Of a stretch of DNA of 64,000 bases, positions 29,461 through 40,369 are shown one piece after another. The position numbers and the translations under genes were made by a program. Position 1 is the stretch's first letter, and each line of letters opens with the position of its first letter. Source of the DNA: an uncultured virus (IMG/VR IMGVR_UViG_3300002140_000103) (lineage: Duplodnaviria > Heunggongvirae > Uroviricota > Caudoviricetes); IMG/VR virus record IMGVR_UViG_3300002140_000103; one strand, written 5' to 3'. The notes beneath the pieces are model-generated. The model ran no database searches, had not been told where the DNA came from, and saw nothing but the letters and a program-made list of their open reading frames with translations.

Positions 29461-30167
29461 TATTTTTGATCTCTTTTGTCGTACGGTTGGGTTGTTACAG
29501 GATCGACCCAATATAAACTTCTGTGCGGCATATCATCTGTTTTGTACTGAGAATCACTTGTATAATAAAATAATCTAAAAGTTGTACGTTGTAAGTCTTC
29601 CGGACAAGTCAACGGTTCTTTGTATCCGTGAAATCCTAATTTATGGTATTGCCAAATTACTGCTCTGTTGAATACACAATCAATTGCGTTTACAAGATTG
29701 TTATTTTTAAAATCATAAAATCCTAGTGCGCCTCCCCAATCAGGATTCCATTCTGGAGTAAGATAAACAATAAACGATAATGCTCTGTGTAATTTTAATT
29801 TTTCATTCCAGTTAAAGTCAGTGTGAACTTTTAGAGAATCATTTTTAAAACTTTTGCTGTAACCTGCACCTGTTAAATACGGATCCGGAATCAAGCTACC
29901 AATACCGGTTAGTTCTTCTAACCATAATAGCATTTTAGGACTATGCATATACTCTACAAACTTTGATGCAATTGGTAGTACTGTTAAGTCTTTACATTCC
30001 TTCATATAACTTTTATTTCTAGTAAATTCAGACCAGTGAGTATCATCAACTGTACGAGTTTCGTTGTACATACTTTTAGCAAAATCTATATCTAAAAAGT
30101 TATCTACACAAGCTGTTGGTACAGGGTCGTTAAATTTTGTTATATTTAAATTATTTGATAAACTCAT
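29460..30167 (-). CDS. 2OG-Fe(II) oxygenase (prolyl-hydroxylase-like)
   Basis: IPDPYLTGAG, LKVHTDFN, VYLTPEW...WGG, FNRAVI, FHG and R.TFRLFYY. Confidence 0.9.
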   Translation of the reverse strand: MSLSNNLNITKFNDPVPTACVDNFLDIDFAKSMYNETRTVDDTHWSEFTRNKSYMKECKDLTVLPIASKFVEYMHSPKMLLWLEELTGIGSLIPDPYLTGAGYSKSFKNDSLKVHTDFNWNEKLKLHRALSFIVYLTPEWNPDWGGALGFYDFKNNNLVNAIDCVFNRAVIWQYHKLGFHGYKEPLTCPEDLQRTTFRLFYYTSDSQYKTDDMPHRSLYWVDPVTTQPYDKRDQK

Positions 30168-30185
30168 GATGCATCCTTTAAATAG

Positions 30186-30213
30186 ATTATAACAGCTAGA
30201 TATTATTTGTCAA
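30186..30213 (-). promoter_or_regulatory. Sigma70-type promoter with extended -10
   Basis: TTGACA-N16-TATAAT with TGn directly before the -10; AAGGA SD before the ATG at 30167. Confidence 0.75.
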
Positions 30214-31126
30214 GCAGTTTCTTGTGTATATACTCTGCTACACGACAATGGTCTAAGTGTCCTGGATGTATTAAGTCTCGTGCATCGCATGTAAATTTAA
30301 AATAAGTTGATCTTGCAAAACGTGCTGCTGCTGGAAAGTACGAAAACTCAACTAACGGTACTCTGTCTTTACACAGTTGTTTAAATGATTTTGCTGTATA
30401 GTATGTTAACATGTTTTCGTTGTATATGTCTGTGTTTCTATATTGATATAATTTTAATAGTGTTTCTTCTCGTTTACCATTTACATTAAAGGCATTCCAT
30501 AATCCAATTTGCCAATATCCTTCAAATTCAAAATAACGAAAACGATCGCAAGCTGTCCAATTAACTGCAATTGCATGTGGACGATCAAATCTTTCTAATA
30601 ACAATGCTGCTGTATGAAGTAGTAATTCGTTTGATGCACTAGGTATGCCCAAGTTTACAACCTGGCGACCTGTTAATTGTTCTAATTCATATGCTATTGT
30701 TTCGTCATCCGAAACTCCAACACCAAATGTATTCGAGCATCCAATTAGAACAATAGCATCCTTCCAATTTACATCTTTCCACTCATAAGTTCTAAAACCG
30801 TTAGAGTTTAACTTATATGTTACTTTCTTATTTCTATACTTCCAATCCGGAGGCATTTTTTTTAGACTTTCTTGTAATGATGTAATTGAATCAGTATTAC
30901 TATACTCGTCTGGGTTGATTCCATTCTCAGGAGTAAATCTCCATAATTTAAAATCAAAAGGCAGTAACGGATCCATTGCATACTCAGGAAACGTCGATTG
31001 ATCTTTAACTAGTTCAATTATGTCACCGTCAAGAATTCTTTGTAGTCGTTGTTCTTGACGTACTTGAGCTTTTGCTTCGAGTCGTTGTGTTTTTGCTTCG
31101 AGTTCAGATAATCTTGATTTTTTCAT
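30203..31126 (-). CDS. SGNH/GDSL-like hydrolase or acyltransferase
   Basis: IGCSNTFG, NLGIPSASN and RDLIHPG. Confidence 0.72.
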   Translation of the reverse strand: MKKSRLSELEAKTQRLEAKAQVRQEQRLQRILDGDIIELVKDQSTFPEYAMDPLLPFDFKLWRFTPENGINPDEYSNTDSITSLQESLKKMPPDWKYRNKKVTYKLNSNGFRTYEWKDVNWKDAIVLIGCSNTFGVGVSDDETIAYELEQLTGRQVVNLGIPSASNELLLHTAALLLERFDRPHAIAVNWTACDRFRYFEFEGYWQIGLWNAFNVNGKREETLLKLYQYRNTDIYNENMLTYYTAKSFKQLCKDRVPLVEFSYFPAAARFARSTYFKFTCDARDLIHPGHLDHCRVAEYIHKKLLDK

Positions 31127-32148
31127 TGTAGACTTAATATGTGATTATGTAAATATTTAGCAAACAAATCATGTGCTTTTTCTCCAGGGTGAGCACACGG
31201 TGTAATCCATCCATTTGGAGACCTGTTTCCTAAAAATTGGAAATAGTAATCAGTCCTATCTTCTACATCAGGTTCTTGCGATAATGCTAATTCTGCAAAA
31301 GTTTTCTTGTTAGCAGGAGAAAACATCAATCTCCAAGGAAACTGATTTAATAACTTTCTACTGTGCTTAGGATCCCACGACGGCTTTAACTCTACAGGTA
31401 TTGTATTATTGTAGTCGTCTGCTCTTCTTACATCTTGTTTTAATATGTATTCAAAATAGTCTTTGTCGTACCTTTTATCAAACCCAGGAGTGATAATTAA
31501 CTTAGCATTATTGTGTGCTGTACACCACGATAATAATTCTTGAACATGTCCAATTTGTTCAAGAACTCCAAACTTTTCGCTCCATAAATTTTTTCCGTAA
31601 CCTTCCCAAAGAGTTCTTCTGTCAGACGGTTCCATACTTTCGTAATGAGGCCACATACAAACCCATCTAAAATGATCGTCGCATGTATCGTTAATAAAGT
31701 CAAATCTTTCAAGGCCGCTTGGCATGTATACTACAATAACTTCTTTTGCAAGACTCCACCTAATATCAGGATGAAAATAAAGTTCTTTAATCGAGCCGCG
31801 ATTGCCGCAGCCTCTAAGTCCGAGATTTATTGGAGTATATGTATGATTAAAGTATCTGTTACATAGTATATTTACAAATGAATTTGCATATTCTAAAAAG
31901 GTAAAATCAATGCTGCCGTCTTTTGCCCTTTTTGTAGCGGGATATTGTTTTAATATTCGTTTAACGTCTTTATCCGTTAGCGTAGGTTTTAACGATGCTC
32001 CTTCGCCTTTGTATTCCCATTCAAAGTTATCATACAAGGTATCGTTAATTGCACCCTGTCCTTGTACAAAGGAACACCCGATTGATATTATTGCTTTACC
32101 TGTTTTTTTTAAACTATCGTTTATTTCTTCGACTTGAGAATTGTACAT
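31123..32148 (-). CDS. SGNH/GDSL-like protein
   Basis: IGCSFVQG, NLGLRGCGN and CAHPGEKAH. Confidence 0.68.
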   Translation of the reverse strand: MYNSQVEEINDSLKKTGKAIISIGCSFVQGQGAINDTLYDNFEWEYKGEGASLKPTLTDKDVKRILKQYPATKRAKDGSIDFTFLEYANSFVNILCNRYFNHTYTPINLGLRGCGNRGSIKELYFHPDIRWSLAKEVIVVYMPSGLERFDFINDTCDDHFRWVCMWPHYESMEPSDRRTLWEGYGKNLWSEKFGVLEQIGHVQELLSWCTAHNNAKLIITPGFDKRYDKDYFEYILKQDVRRADDYNNTIPVELKPSWDPKHSRKLLNQFPWRLMFSPANKKTFAELALSQEPDVEDRTDYYFQFLGNRSPNGWITPCAHPGEKAHDLFAKYLHNHILSLQ

Positions 32149-33460
32149 CGTTTTCCTTAAAATGATTTGTCAACATGTTAACTGCAGGACTGACAGTTAC
32201 TCTAGTATTTAACAAGGTATTACTATTGTGAATTAATATTGATTTTAGTCCTTTAAATAACTCAAACTTTTCATCGTTGTTCATAGCGTTCAAACGTTTT
32301 AATTCTGTAATTATTGCATACAAACGATCCCATGTTTCTAGTTCATCATATGCTTCGTTTATAAAAGGATGAAATGTTTTGTAACCAAGTTCCTTAAGGT
32401 GTTTTAACGAATGTCGATTTCCAAACATAATAAAAGGATGATTACATGCTATTGTTTTAAATGTTTTTTCACTTAAAAAACAAGTATTTGTATTGTCACT
32501 GTAGTGTGCTTCGCTGATTACACTTAACCAAGTGTCTAGTGTAATTTGTTCGTTAAAGTTAGTTAAGTAATTTCCACAATCGCTGTCTGCAAACCCTTCT
32601 ACATTTTCTGCATTAGGAGGGGTCATAGGCATCAATGGCAACAACTTTTTATAAAGATCGTGCCCAACTTCTTTTCCGTCCATATGAGAATAAAGTTGTG
32701 CAAAATGATTCATACTATTAATATTGTTGTTTAGCAAGTCTGCATTATATAGACAACTAAAGAGATGCGCCCTGTGATTTCTTGGTCTTTTTTGTAAACA
32801 ATTAAAAGTTTTAATATTTGCTAAGTTGCTTTCTTTATATCTTTTTTGCTGTTTAAAAGAAGGCACCCCTTGACGATATGCTATTTCAGCCATTGATGAT
32901 TCAAAGTGCGGATATGGTATAACTAAGATACGGCTACTGTGTACATGTATAGTTGCCCATTCGTCATATTGCTCTTTACTTGCCATGTTTCCAGTGACAT
33001 ATATTACTTGCTTAGGATCAATTTTATATTCTGTACACTGATCATGAAACCATTGCCATTGCCATGTTTCTTGATAACCTTCATGTGATTGATCTAATAA
33101 TAAAAATGCCTTTCCAGATTGTAAGTCTTCTAAATAGATTGGATTTAACCAATAAAACACCGACTGCTGGTTCATTGAAAATGCTTTGCTGTTTGAATAA
33201 TTTTTAAAGCCGCCGGACCAGTTATCCGGAGAATGTGCAACTCCTGATGAAAGAATATAGTTAAATCCTTTAGACGGTCTATTTTTTGAAACTACTATAT
33301 CATCTAGCAACCCATCTACGTCTTGCCCTAATCTTATAAGATGTAATAATAAAGGAGTGGCTGTAAATCTTTTTATGCCAGAGCTATTAGTATCACCGCA
33401 TTTTACAAAATTTAAAAATACGTTTGTTTTTTCTTCTATTTCTTCAAACATAAAATACAT
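32114..33460 (-). CDS. Putative GT-B glycosyltransferase-like protein
   Basis: RPRNHR, VISE...LSEKTFK...HPFI.FG...GYKTF...INEAYD. Confidence 0.5.
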   Translation of the reverse strand: MYFMFEEIEEKTNVFLNFVKCGDTNSSGIKRFTATPLLLHLIRLGQDVDGLLDDIVVSKNRPSKGFNYILSSGVAHSPDNWSGGFKNYSNSKAFSMNQQSVFYWLNPIYLEDLQSGKAFLLLDQSHEGYQETWQWQWFHDQCTEYKIDPKQVIYVTGNMASKEQYDEWATIHVHSSRILVIPYPHFESSMAEIAYRQGVPSFKQQKRYKESNLANIKTFNCLQKRPRNHRAHLFSCLYNADLLNNNINSMNHFAQLYSHMDGKEVGHDLYKKLLPLMPMTPPNAENVEGFADSDCGNYLTNFNEQITLDTWLSVISEAHYSDNTNTCFLSEKTFKTIACNHPFIMFGNRHSLKHLKELGYKTFHPFINEAYDELETWDRLYAIITELKRLNAMNNDEKFELFKGLKSILIHNSNTLLNTRVTVSPAVNMLTNHFKENDVQFSSRRNKR

Positions 33461-34462
33461 TTAAATTAATCTTTCCTTCCAGGTTCTTGGAGTTTTAGAG
33501 TTTACTATTTCTAAAGGAAACGTATAATCAAACGGTTTGGTGCCGCGCTTTTTGATATAATCGATTGTACGTTCAACTGCTGTTTCTAAATCTGTTGTTG
33601 TTTTATAGTTTAATACTTGTCTTGCTTTGTCTGCACTACATGTTGCATGTTTAACTTCTTGTGGTCTGTCATCTACATGTATCGGTTGTAAGTTACAACC
33701 GGTTTTGTTAGCTATTAAATTTGCCAAATCTTTAACTGTAATTGTTCCTTCATCTGGTCCGATGTTTATTATTTGTCCTACAATATCGTTGTCTAATATA
33801 AGTTTTTCAAGACACTGTATACAATCGTCTACATAACTAAAGCATCGTGTTTGTAAACCATCGCCATATATAATAGCAGGCTTACCTTGTAAATTTCTGT
33901 TTATCATAATGCTCATTACGTTTCTAAACGGATCGTCATAGCGTTGTCTTGGCCCTACAATGTTGTGAGGTACTGCTATATTCCATTCCATTCCGTGCGT
34001 ATCACTTAGCATACGCAATGTATCTTCGCCTGCTACTTTTGCAATGCCATATGGATCTACAGGCATAGGCTTCATATCTTCGGTAAACGGAGTTTGTTGA
34101 TTTCCATAACGTGCCATACTAGAGCAATATACAAAGCGTCTTACTTTATTTTCTAATGCTGCACTAATTGTAGAGACTGTTGCTTGAAACACGTTTTTAG
34201 TAATAAAGTCGGGGCTTACTACACTTAGACCTTCGTGTGCTGTTGCAGCAGTATGTATTACAACATCGACATTTTTCATTATGTCTGCCATACGTTCTCT
34301 GTTGCAGCAATCTACTTTGTAAAGTGTTGCTTTATGATTTACGTTATCTTCATACCCACCAATTAAGGTATCATTACCTAATACGTCGTGTCCTAAATTA
34401 ATCATTCGATCGGCTAAATGGCTTCCTAGAAAGCCTGCTATACCTGTTATAAAAATTCGCAT
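33461..34462 (-). CDS. NAD-dependent NDP-sugar epimerase/dehydratase (extended SDR)
   Basis: [24 protein letters not shown] (YxxxK), HNIVGPRQ and [14 protein letters not shown]. Confidence 0.95.
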   Translation of the reverse strand: MRIFITGIAGFLGSHLADRMINLGHDVLGNDTLIGGYEDNVNHKATLYKVDCCNRERMADIMKNVDVVIHTAATAHEGLSVVSPDFITKNVFQATVSTISAALENKVRRFVYCSSMARYGNQQTPFTEDMKPMPVDPYGIAKVAGEDTLRMLSDTHGMEWNIAVPHNIVGPRQRYDDPFRNVMSIMINRNLQGKPAIIYGDGLQTRCFSYVDDCIQCLEKLILDNDIVGQIINIGPDEGTITVKDLANLIANKTGCNLQPIHVDDRPQEVKHATCSADKARQVLNYKTTTDLETAVERTIDYIKKRGTKPFDYTFPLEIVNSKTPRTWKERLI

Positions 34463-35151
34463 ATTCTCTCCGCAAAATAACTATGTGCTGTTTCTGAAGG
34501 ATGGAATCTAGGCATAATCCATCCGTTAAGTTCAGGAAACTTTTTATCTGTAAAATGCATTTCCATCATGGAAAGCTCTGCTGTTGAGCCTGCTTGTTTT
34601 ACTGTCCAATCAAAGAAGTTAGAACATCCGTCAATAGTTAAAAATCTATCCCATTCAACTGAATTAACAAAGTTACTATTAATAATTTTATAGAAATATT
34701 CTTTATTATATTCTCGTGTAAATGCAGGAAACATAATAAGGTTATGTCCATTAGCTTTACAAAAATTTTGAATATTAACAATGCTTACAATTGCATTTAA
34801 AACTTCTGTTTTTGCCGAAACAAAAAAAGACAAAGCCTTTTCAAGATTTACAAGTTCAACAGAACCAATGTTAACAGGTGAAGTATGCGGAAAGACATGC
34901 TCAAAGCCGTTGCCGTCGCGTCTAAATAAGTCAACTCTGTTCATACCAGTCGGCATAAAAATTACTGTAGAATTACTAGGAATGTCTGCCATTAGTACTC
35001 GCGTTACTGCACCTGCATTACCGGATGATTCTTCTCCCAAGTTAATACCGCCAAGGCAATCTATAAAGGACTTGCCTTTTTCAATTTCTGCACCTTGCAC
35101 AAAAGAACACCCAGTGCCGATAATTATTTTATTAAGTTTACGTTTTTTCAT
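34447..35151 (-). CDS. SGNH/GDSL-like protein
   Basis: [17 protein letters not shown] and FHPSETAH; paralog of 31123..32148. Confidence 0.68.
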   Translation of the reverse strand: MKKRKLNKIIIGTGCSFVQGAEIEKGKSFIDCLGGINLGEESSGNAGAVTRVLMADIPSNSTVIFMPTGMNRVDLFRRDGNGFEHVFPHTSPVNIGSVELVNLEKALSFFVSAKTEVLNAIVSIVNIQNFCKANGHNLIMFPAFTREYNKEYFYKIINSNFVNSVEWDRFLTIDGCSNFFDWTVKQAGSTAELSMMEMHFTDKKFPELNGWIMPRFHPSETAHSYFAERICEFL

Positions 35152-35160
35152 ATTGCGTTT

Positions 35161-35847
35161 TTAATGTATATCTAAAAATTCTTTTAACTGCGGATACATA
35201 TAATTATTACAATATCTCATGTATGCTTCAAGTCTTGGGTGGTTGCCGTCTTTAAAAAACGGTAATTTATTTTTACGACACCAATCAACAATAGGGTTGT
35301 TAAAGATGTTAACATTATGTTTAGATAAATGTTCTTCAAATATTATTTTTTGATCGGTTGTAATTACAGTATCCCAGCCATACACTACAAATGTATTAGG
35401 TGTCATCTTTTTAGCAGAGATTATGTAAAATAAAAGATCCTCAAGATGCTGTTCAACATCCATTAGATCTCCGCCGGTTTCTTTTTGAGAAAAATATGAA
35501 TGAGATAAGAAATCAATTCTTTCTTTTTTATCAAAAATATTTATAGACTTTATAACAGTTGAAGCAAGAGCATTTTTATTTTCATTTTTTTGCTGTTTAA
35601 TAAAAAAAGGAGTCATTGGTTTTCTTAAATAACTACGTTCTGACCCAGTTATTTGCCATATAACTATATCGTTAGTAGTAATAGGAGTATTAAACATTAG
35701 TTCTTGAAATCGACGTTGCTGTAAACCATTGGAACTTGAAGATTGGGCAAGATTTATTAATGGAATTTTCATAGATTCCGAAAGACACCTTGCCCATCCC
35801 ACGTGATGTGTAATACTGCAACCTAATGTTATTAATCTATCATACAT
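35161..35847 (-). CDS. SGNH/GDSL-like protein
   Basis: LGCSIT, NLAQSSSSN and DGNHP. Confidence 0.7.
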   Translation of the reverse strand: MYDRLITLGCSITHHVGWARCLSESMKIPLINLAQSSSSNGLQQRRFQELMFNTPITTNDIVIWQITGSERSYLRKPMTPFFIKQQKNENKNALASTVIKSINIFDKKERIDFLSHSYFSQKETGGDLMDVEQHLEDLLFYIISAKKMTPNTFVVYGWDTVITTDQKIIFEEHLSKHNVNIFNNPIVDWCRKNKLPFFKDGNHPRLEAYMRYCNNYMYPQLKEFLDIH

Positions 35848-37204
35848 AACTTTTGCATAAATTCCAAAATTCTGTCATTTCAGGAAATGTTTCTAATAAG
35901 TTTGTATTCCTTCTACGATCATATTCAGTAAACCAATTGTAAAAATCTTTTCTACCTTCGGTTATTTTATGGTCATCGTATTTTACAGTGGCAAAATAAT
36001 TTCTTACTCTGCGAAATCTTTCATATTCTAGGTCACTAAACTTAGTTGTATCGTTGTCATCTTTGTTATCTTTGATAAATTGTAAGATGTTATCAAAGTA
36101 AGGAAGGAATTCTTCCTTAGGAAGTATGTGCATATCGTACTGCAAGGGTTCTTTAAGATAAGGAGTGTCAAATCTAATTCTACGTCTCTTTGGATCGTGA
36201 TACTGTTTTCTCCATTCAAGAACTTTTTCTAAAAAGTCAGTAAAACTAGTGACACTTAAAATGTTAAATGTACACATTACTGTCAGGTCGGCGCCAGTAA
36301 TATCGAGGTAATTCTTCATATTACTTTCCCACAACTCTACGTTTAAACCAGTACGCAGGTATTCTGCACGTTTGCTGAATGTATCTATACTGGTATACAA
36401 TTTAAACTTGTTGATTGTATTCGTATCTAGAAGTTCTTTTACGTTGTTAGATAATTTTGTAACTAATCGCGGAGTTACTCCGAGGTTGCTGTTTAAGTTA
36501 AGTTCAAGATTAGGTCTTGGCTCTTCTCTGAGTCTATCAAACAAATTCCAAGTGCTTTTGTGCATAAGTGGCTCGCCGCCGGTAATGCGTAAAATGTTTA
36601 ATGTTTTACTTAGCTCGGGCCACCATTCCCACCATGCTTTAATATAAGGATTGTCATCTTCGGGAATTGGAGTAAACCAATCTACGTCAAGTGCGTGATT
36701 TTTTACAGTAGTATAAGGTCCAAACTTTTTAATTTCAGCATGAAAACTACTACTTGCCATTGGGTGACAATATCCACATTTGAAATTACATTCATTACTA
36801 AATGCAATTTCAACGTATTCAGGATTAACATTAAAATCCCAAGGGTTATCAAGAATTTCTTTTATACGTTCTGGCTTATAGATACTTTCATTACGAATCA
36901 TTCTATCTGATATATGATCAGTACCTAGCGATTCGACATTCCAACAGTACTTACACCCTGCAGGCTTTTCTCCAATTAACATTTTTGCACGTTCTTTTTT
37001 CTTAATAAGCGTATTATGCAATGCACTTGGATTGTTTTTTATTTCAGCTAAATCAATTGCATGTGGAGCAGGATGATAACAACTGTGCGTTTGCCCGGTA
37101 TGCAAATATATTGTAGTATGATGCCACTTTGCCAAACAGAATGTTGGGCTTATTTCGTCCATTTCAAATGTACGATTTTTTATGTTTTCTGTTTCAGATG
37201 TCAT
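35840..37204 (-). CDS. Radical SAM protein with N-terminal twitch-like domain
   Basis: FCLAKW...HSCYHP...CKYCW; CNFKCGYC; TGGEPL. Confidence 0.9.
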   Translation of the reverse strand: MTSETENIKNRTFEMDEISPTFCLAKWHHTTIYLHTGQTHSCYHPAPHAIDLAEIKNNPSALHNTLIKKKERAKMLIGEKPAGCKYCWNVESLGTDHISDRMIRNESIYKPERIKEILDNPWDFNVNPEYVEIAFSNECNFKCGYCHPMASSSFHAEIKKFGPYTTVKNHALDVDWFTPIPEDDNPYIKAWWEWWPELSKTLNILRITGGEPLMHKSTWNLFDRLREEPRPNLELNLNSNLGVTPRLVTKLSNNVKELLDTNTINKFKLYTSIDTFSKRAEYLRTGLNVELWESNMKNYLDITGADLTVMCTFNILSVTSFTDFLEKVLEWRKQYHDPKRRRIRFDTPYLKEPLQYDMHILPKEEFLPYFDNILQFIKDNKDDNDTTKFSDLEYERFRRVRNYFATVKYDDHKITEGRKDFYNWFTEYDRRRNTNLLETFPEMTEFWNLCKSYV

Positions 37205-38124
37205 GTTTCGATATCAATGAATTGCTGCTCAGAGTTTCTTGCTGGATTTTGATAAACTGTTTTAAAGAATTTACTGCCGCCGGCGTCTAACGGCATAACA
37301 CCTATTGGGAGATCGAGTTCGTGTTTAAGAGTTTCACCAATTGATTCTATTTCGTCAATAAGATTTTCCTCGGTTACTTCCATATTATTCCACATGTTGT
37401 TAAGATACTCAAAGTCACGAACGTTGATATAATCCCAATCTGTACACATAGTTTTATACAAACCTTCACGAGCTCCGTAGATAGCCCATAATCCATTTTC
37501 AACATCGGCACCAATCATAAGCCAAATATATAAACGATGCAAGTTTTTCCAATGATTCTTTTTAAATTCATCATAGGATACCTTTACTCCACGATCAAGT
37601 GCCATTTTAACACCTTCGCGAAAGCCGGCACGCCACGCTTGTTGTGCTGTAGCATTGTTTATAATTTCACTATAGCAACTGTTCATTTGAATATATTTAA
37701 TATCCCAACAAAAATCTACTTGTGCATGTGGATTGTTTGGATCGGCATTTTCATGCGTTTTCATATTTAACACATATTCTTTAGGCCAACATTTAAGTCC
37801 GCCATTACCATACATAAGTCCGTTGATAGTATTTTTAGCAGTCCAACTCATTACACACTTTTCAAGATCTTCGTTCTCGCCGAAGTCAAACTCTTTAGAC
37901 AAGAATTCGCTGTTGATAATGTTGTCACCATCAACAGTAATAAATCTATCAGTTTCGCTAAGCCTTGCACATGCTTTATGTGCAGCATCACTGCCTTCTA
38001 CGCCGTGTACACGCTTTGCCCACGGAATCTTTTTACAAAGATCTGCATAATTTTTTTCTGCATTAGGCTCGTCGTAGCTAAGATAAATGATATCATAGTC
38101 TAGCACTCTAAATTTATTACTCAT
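37201..38124 (-). CDS. GT-A glycosyltransferase-like protein
   Basis: YDIIYLSYDEPNA, RVHGVEG..AAH, ITVDGDN, YGNGG and AWRAGFREG; paralog of the C-domain of 25370..26713. Confidence 0.68.
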   Translation of the reverse strand: MSNKFRVLDYDIIYLSYDEPNAEKNYADLCKKIPWAKRVHGVEGSDAAHKACARLSETDRFITVDGDNIINSEFLSKEFDFGENEDLEKCVMSWTAKNTINGLMYGNGGLKCWPKEYVLNMKTHENADPNNPHAQVDFCWDIKYIQMNSCYSEIINNATAQQAWRAGFREGVKMALDRGVKVSYDEFKKNHWKNLHRLYIWLMIGADVENGLWAIYGAREGLYKTMCTDWDYINVRDFEYLNNMWNNMEVTEENLIDEIESIGETLKHELDLPIGVMPLDAGGSKFFKTVYQNPARNSEQQFIDIET

Positions 38125-38699
38125 TGTATAACCTCATGATAGTATGTCTCAAGTCTCTTTACAGTATATACACTCAATGCATCAGAGTCAAGTTCAATCT
38201 GACTCTTAAATGGAATTTTAACATCTTCTTTAATTAATTGCTCCATTGACAAATTTAAAAAATTTTCTAATCGATGTGGATCATTATATCTTGTAATACT
38301 AAAACTTAAATTCTTGTTAAAGGATATTTTGTTATTTTTGAAATTATCTTTTATACCTTGATCTAACATAAATTGCCATTCTTTGTCTTTAATGTTTTGT
38401 ATAATTAACAAGTCTGGTCTGCTTATAACACGCTTTGATATAAGATAAATTTGATTATTAATATCAAACATAATATCTTCTTCGTTAAATCTGTGTTTTA
38501 ATATATAAGACTTTTTAATTGTATCAAACAATACAACATAATGGCTAAACTGTTCTTTACCACTGATTAAATTTTTAACTTCGTCGTAAGTTGTTTCAAA
38601 ATAGCTGCCTTCTTCTAAGTTATTATTTGAAACAGATAACAAGTTACCGTCTTCATCAAAGTAAACATATTTTAAAATTGGAATATAAAAATCATTCAT
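38121..38699 (-). CDS. Hypothetical protein
   Basis: 192-aa coupled ORF with no recognised motif. Confidence 0.7.
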   Translation of the reverse strand: MNDFYIPILKYVYFDEDGNLLSVSNNNLEEGSYFETTYDEVKNLISGKEQFSHYVVLFDTIKKSYILKHRFNEEDIMFDINNQIYLISKRVISRPDLLIIQNIKDKEWQFMLDQGIKDNFKNNKISFNKNLSFSITRYNDPHRLENFLNLSMEQLIKEDVKIPFKSQIELDSDALSVYTVKRLETYYHEVIQ

Positions 38700-39537
38700 T
38701 GTTTAAGTAGCTTTCGTATATCTCAATTATATCATCTGTAACAAAGTCTTTTTCAGTATAATGAAAAATTCCATTTTGTTTGTAATTACCAATTTTGAGA
38801 TTTAGTTCCTTATCTAAATACACTCCAACTCGGTCTTGCCATCTTTCAGAAAAAGTAGATTTCCATTCTTGATTGCGAGTCTTCATATGTACAAAATTTG
38901 GGTAACTAATATTTTTGTTTGTAATCTTATCTTCGCAGTTGAGTATTTTAGTAACGATAGCTGCACTAACATCAACACTGGGAAATTTTTGAAAATGTTT
39001 GCCGCCGGCATATTGTCCGTAAAATAATTCCCAATTATTCATTACAAACTCTAGCCATTTGTAAAAAGTATGCGCTTCGTCTGAACGCTCAAAATAATTA
39101 AAGCCAGCATACACATTTGGTAGCATATGATTTCTAAATGCTTTCCTATAGTATACACTAGTTACCGGATTGCCTCTATAAGTTAGTACGTTTGTAGTAA
39201 AAAATACTTTGTGATTTTTTAAATAATTCCACCAAAGTTCAATGTTGTCTAGTACTAATACATCTGTATCTAATATAATAGTGCGATCGTACGGGCAGGC
39301 ATGATAAATTTTCCAACGATTTTCTATTTTCCAATTGCTGTCTTCTGCCGAATCCTCCCACGGAATTTCAACAATGTCGTCAAATACACTAACTGTTTTT
39401 TCATCTAACGTATTATTAGTTATAAGACATATTTTACTGTCTGGATTAGTTGCACGTATGCTTAATGCACACAAGTATGCTTGTTTTACATAATCGTGTG
39501 TACTGTTTTGTGCTAGCATTGTAAAATTAATTGTCAT
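38692..39537 (-). CDS. GT-A glycosyltransferase (GT8-like)
   Basis: ALSIR, ICLIT, FDDIV, PYDRTIILDTDVL (DxD) and VHMK. Confidence 0.75.
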   Translation of the reverse strand: MTINFTMLAQNSTHDYVKQAYLCALSIRATNPDSKICLITNNTLDEKTVSVFDDIVEIPWEDSAEDSNWKIENRWKIYHACPYDRTIILDTDVLVLDNIELWWNYLKNHKVFFTTNVLTYRGNPVTSVYYRKAFRNHMLPNVYAGFNYFERSDEAHTFYKWLEFVMNNWELFYGQYAGGKHFQKFPSVDVSAAIVTKILNCEDKITNKNISYPNFVHMKTRNQEWKSTFSERWQDRVGVYLDKELNLKIGNYKQNGIFHYTEKDFVTDDIIEIYESYLNNE

Positions 39538-40369
39538 TATCTATTACTCTAGTTAAGCTAAATTTATTCATTATATGAATGTTACTATCTTTTATCTTTG
39601 CTGGAAAGTATTGATTAGACTGTGTTTCTTTTTCAATTAAAAAAAGGAATTCGTTGCCATTTATTTTTAATACTAAATCTTTATCAGTTGTATAAAACAA
39701 TGTTCCTGGCATTTCTTTGGCAAAGTCACCCGACTTGTATCCGTTCATTGTGTGTATTGCTATACTAAATGCATGATCGTTTCTAAAAACACCGGTTGAG
39801 ATTTGATATAGATTTTTATAATGTGCCCAATTGTCTTGCACATGTTTTAATAAATCAAAAAATAACTTGTTGACTTCTGTTTTTCTAAAAAATACAACAG
39901 TTGCCCAATAAAAGTCTGGACCGGTTTCGCTAATGTAATTAAATTCTGATAAATCTCTCCACCCGCTTAACTCAAACCCATTTCTATACAATAAGAAGTC
40001 GTGCTGTTGTAAAAAGCATTGGCTAAACAAGTCATTTGATATTATAAAATCGGTATCCAATAGCAAAGTTTCGTCATAAGGAGTTAAATCAAATACACTA
40101 CTACGACTAGAATTTTTAAACTCTAAACGCTTTCTTGTAAAAGTACCGTCATTGTATTTTCTAAAAGTATAATTAGAGTCGTTTGAAACTTCAATTATTT
40201 GATCAAACACTGCATAGTCATAATTGTTTATTAGATAATTTTTATTATCTGTAATTAAACTAACTGGTATATTTAGAAATTCTTTAATTCGTTTAGCAGA
40301 ATATACAGCTTGCTTAATGTAGTCAATTTCACTATTATTTCTTGCTATTAATAAAGCGCCTTGACTCAT
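39527..40369 (-). CDS. GT-A glycosyltransferase (GT8-like)
   Basis: PVSLITD, FDQII, PYDETLLLDTDF, RNDHAFSIA and HIMNK; paralog of 38692..39537. Confidence 0.75.
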   Translation of the reverse strand: MSQGALLIARNNSEIDYIKQAVYSAKRIKEFLNIPVSLITDNKNYLINNYDYAVFDQIIEVSNDSNYTFRKYNDGTFTRKRLEFKNSSRSSVFDLTPYDETLLLDTDFIISNDLFSQCFLQQHDFLLYRNGFELSGWRDLSEFNYISETGPDFYWATVVFFRKTEVNKLFFDLLKHVQDNWAHYKNLYQISTGVFRNDHAFSIAIHTMNGYKSGDFAKEMPGTLFYTTDKDLVLKINGNEFLFLIEKETQSNQYFPAKIKDSNIHIMNKFSLTRVIDNDN

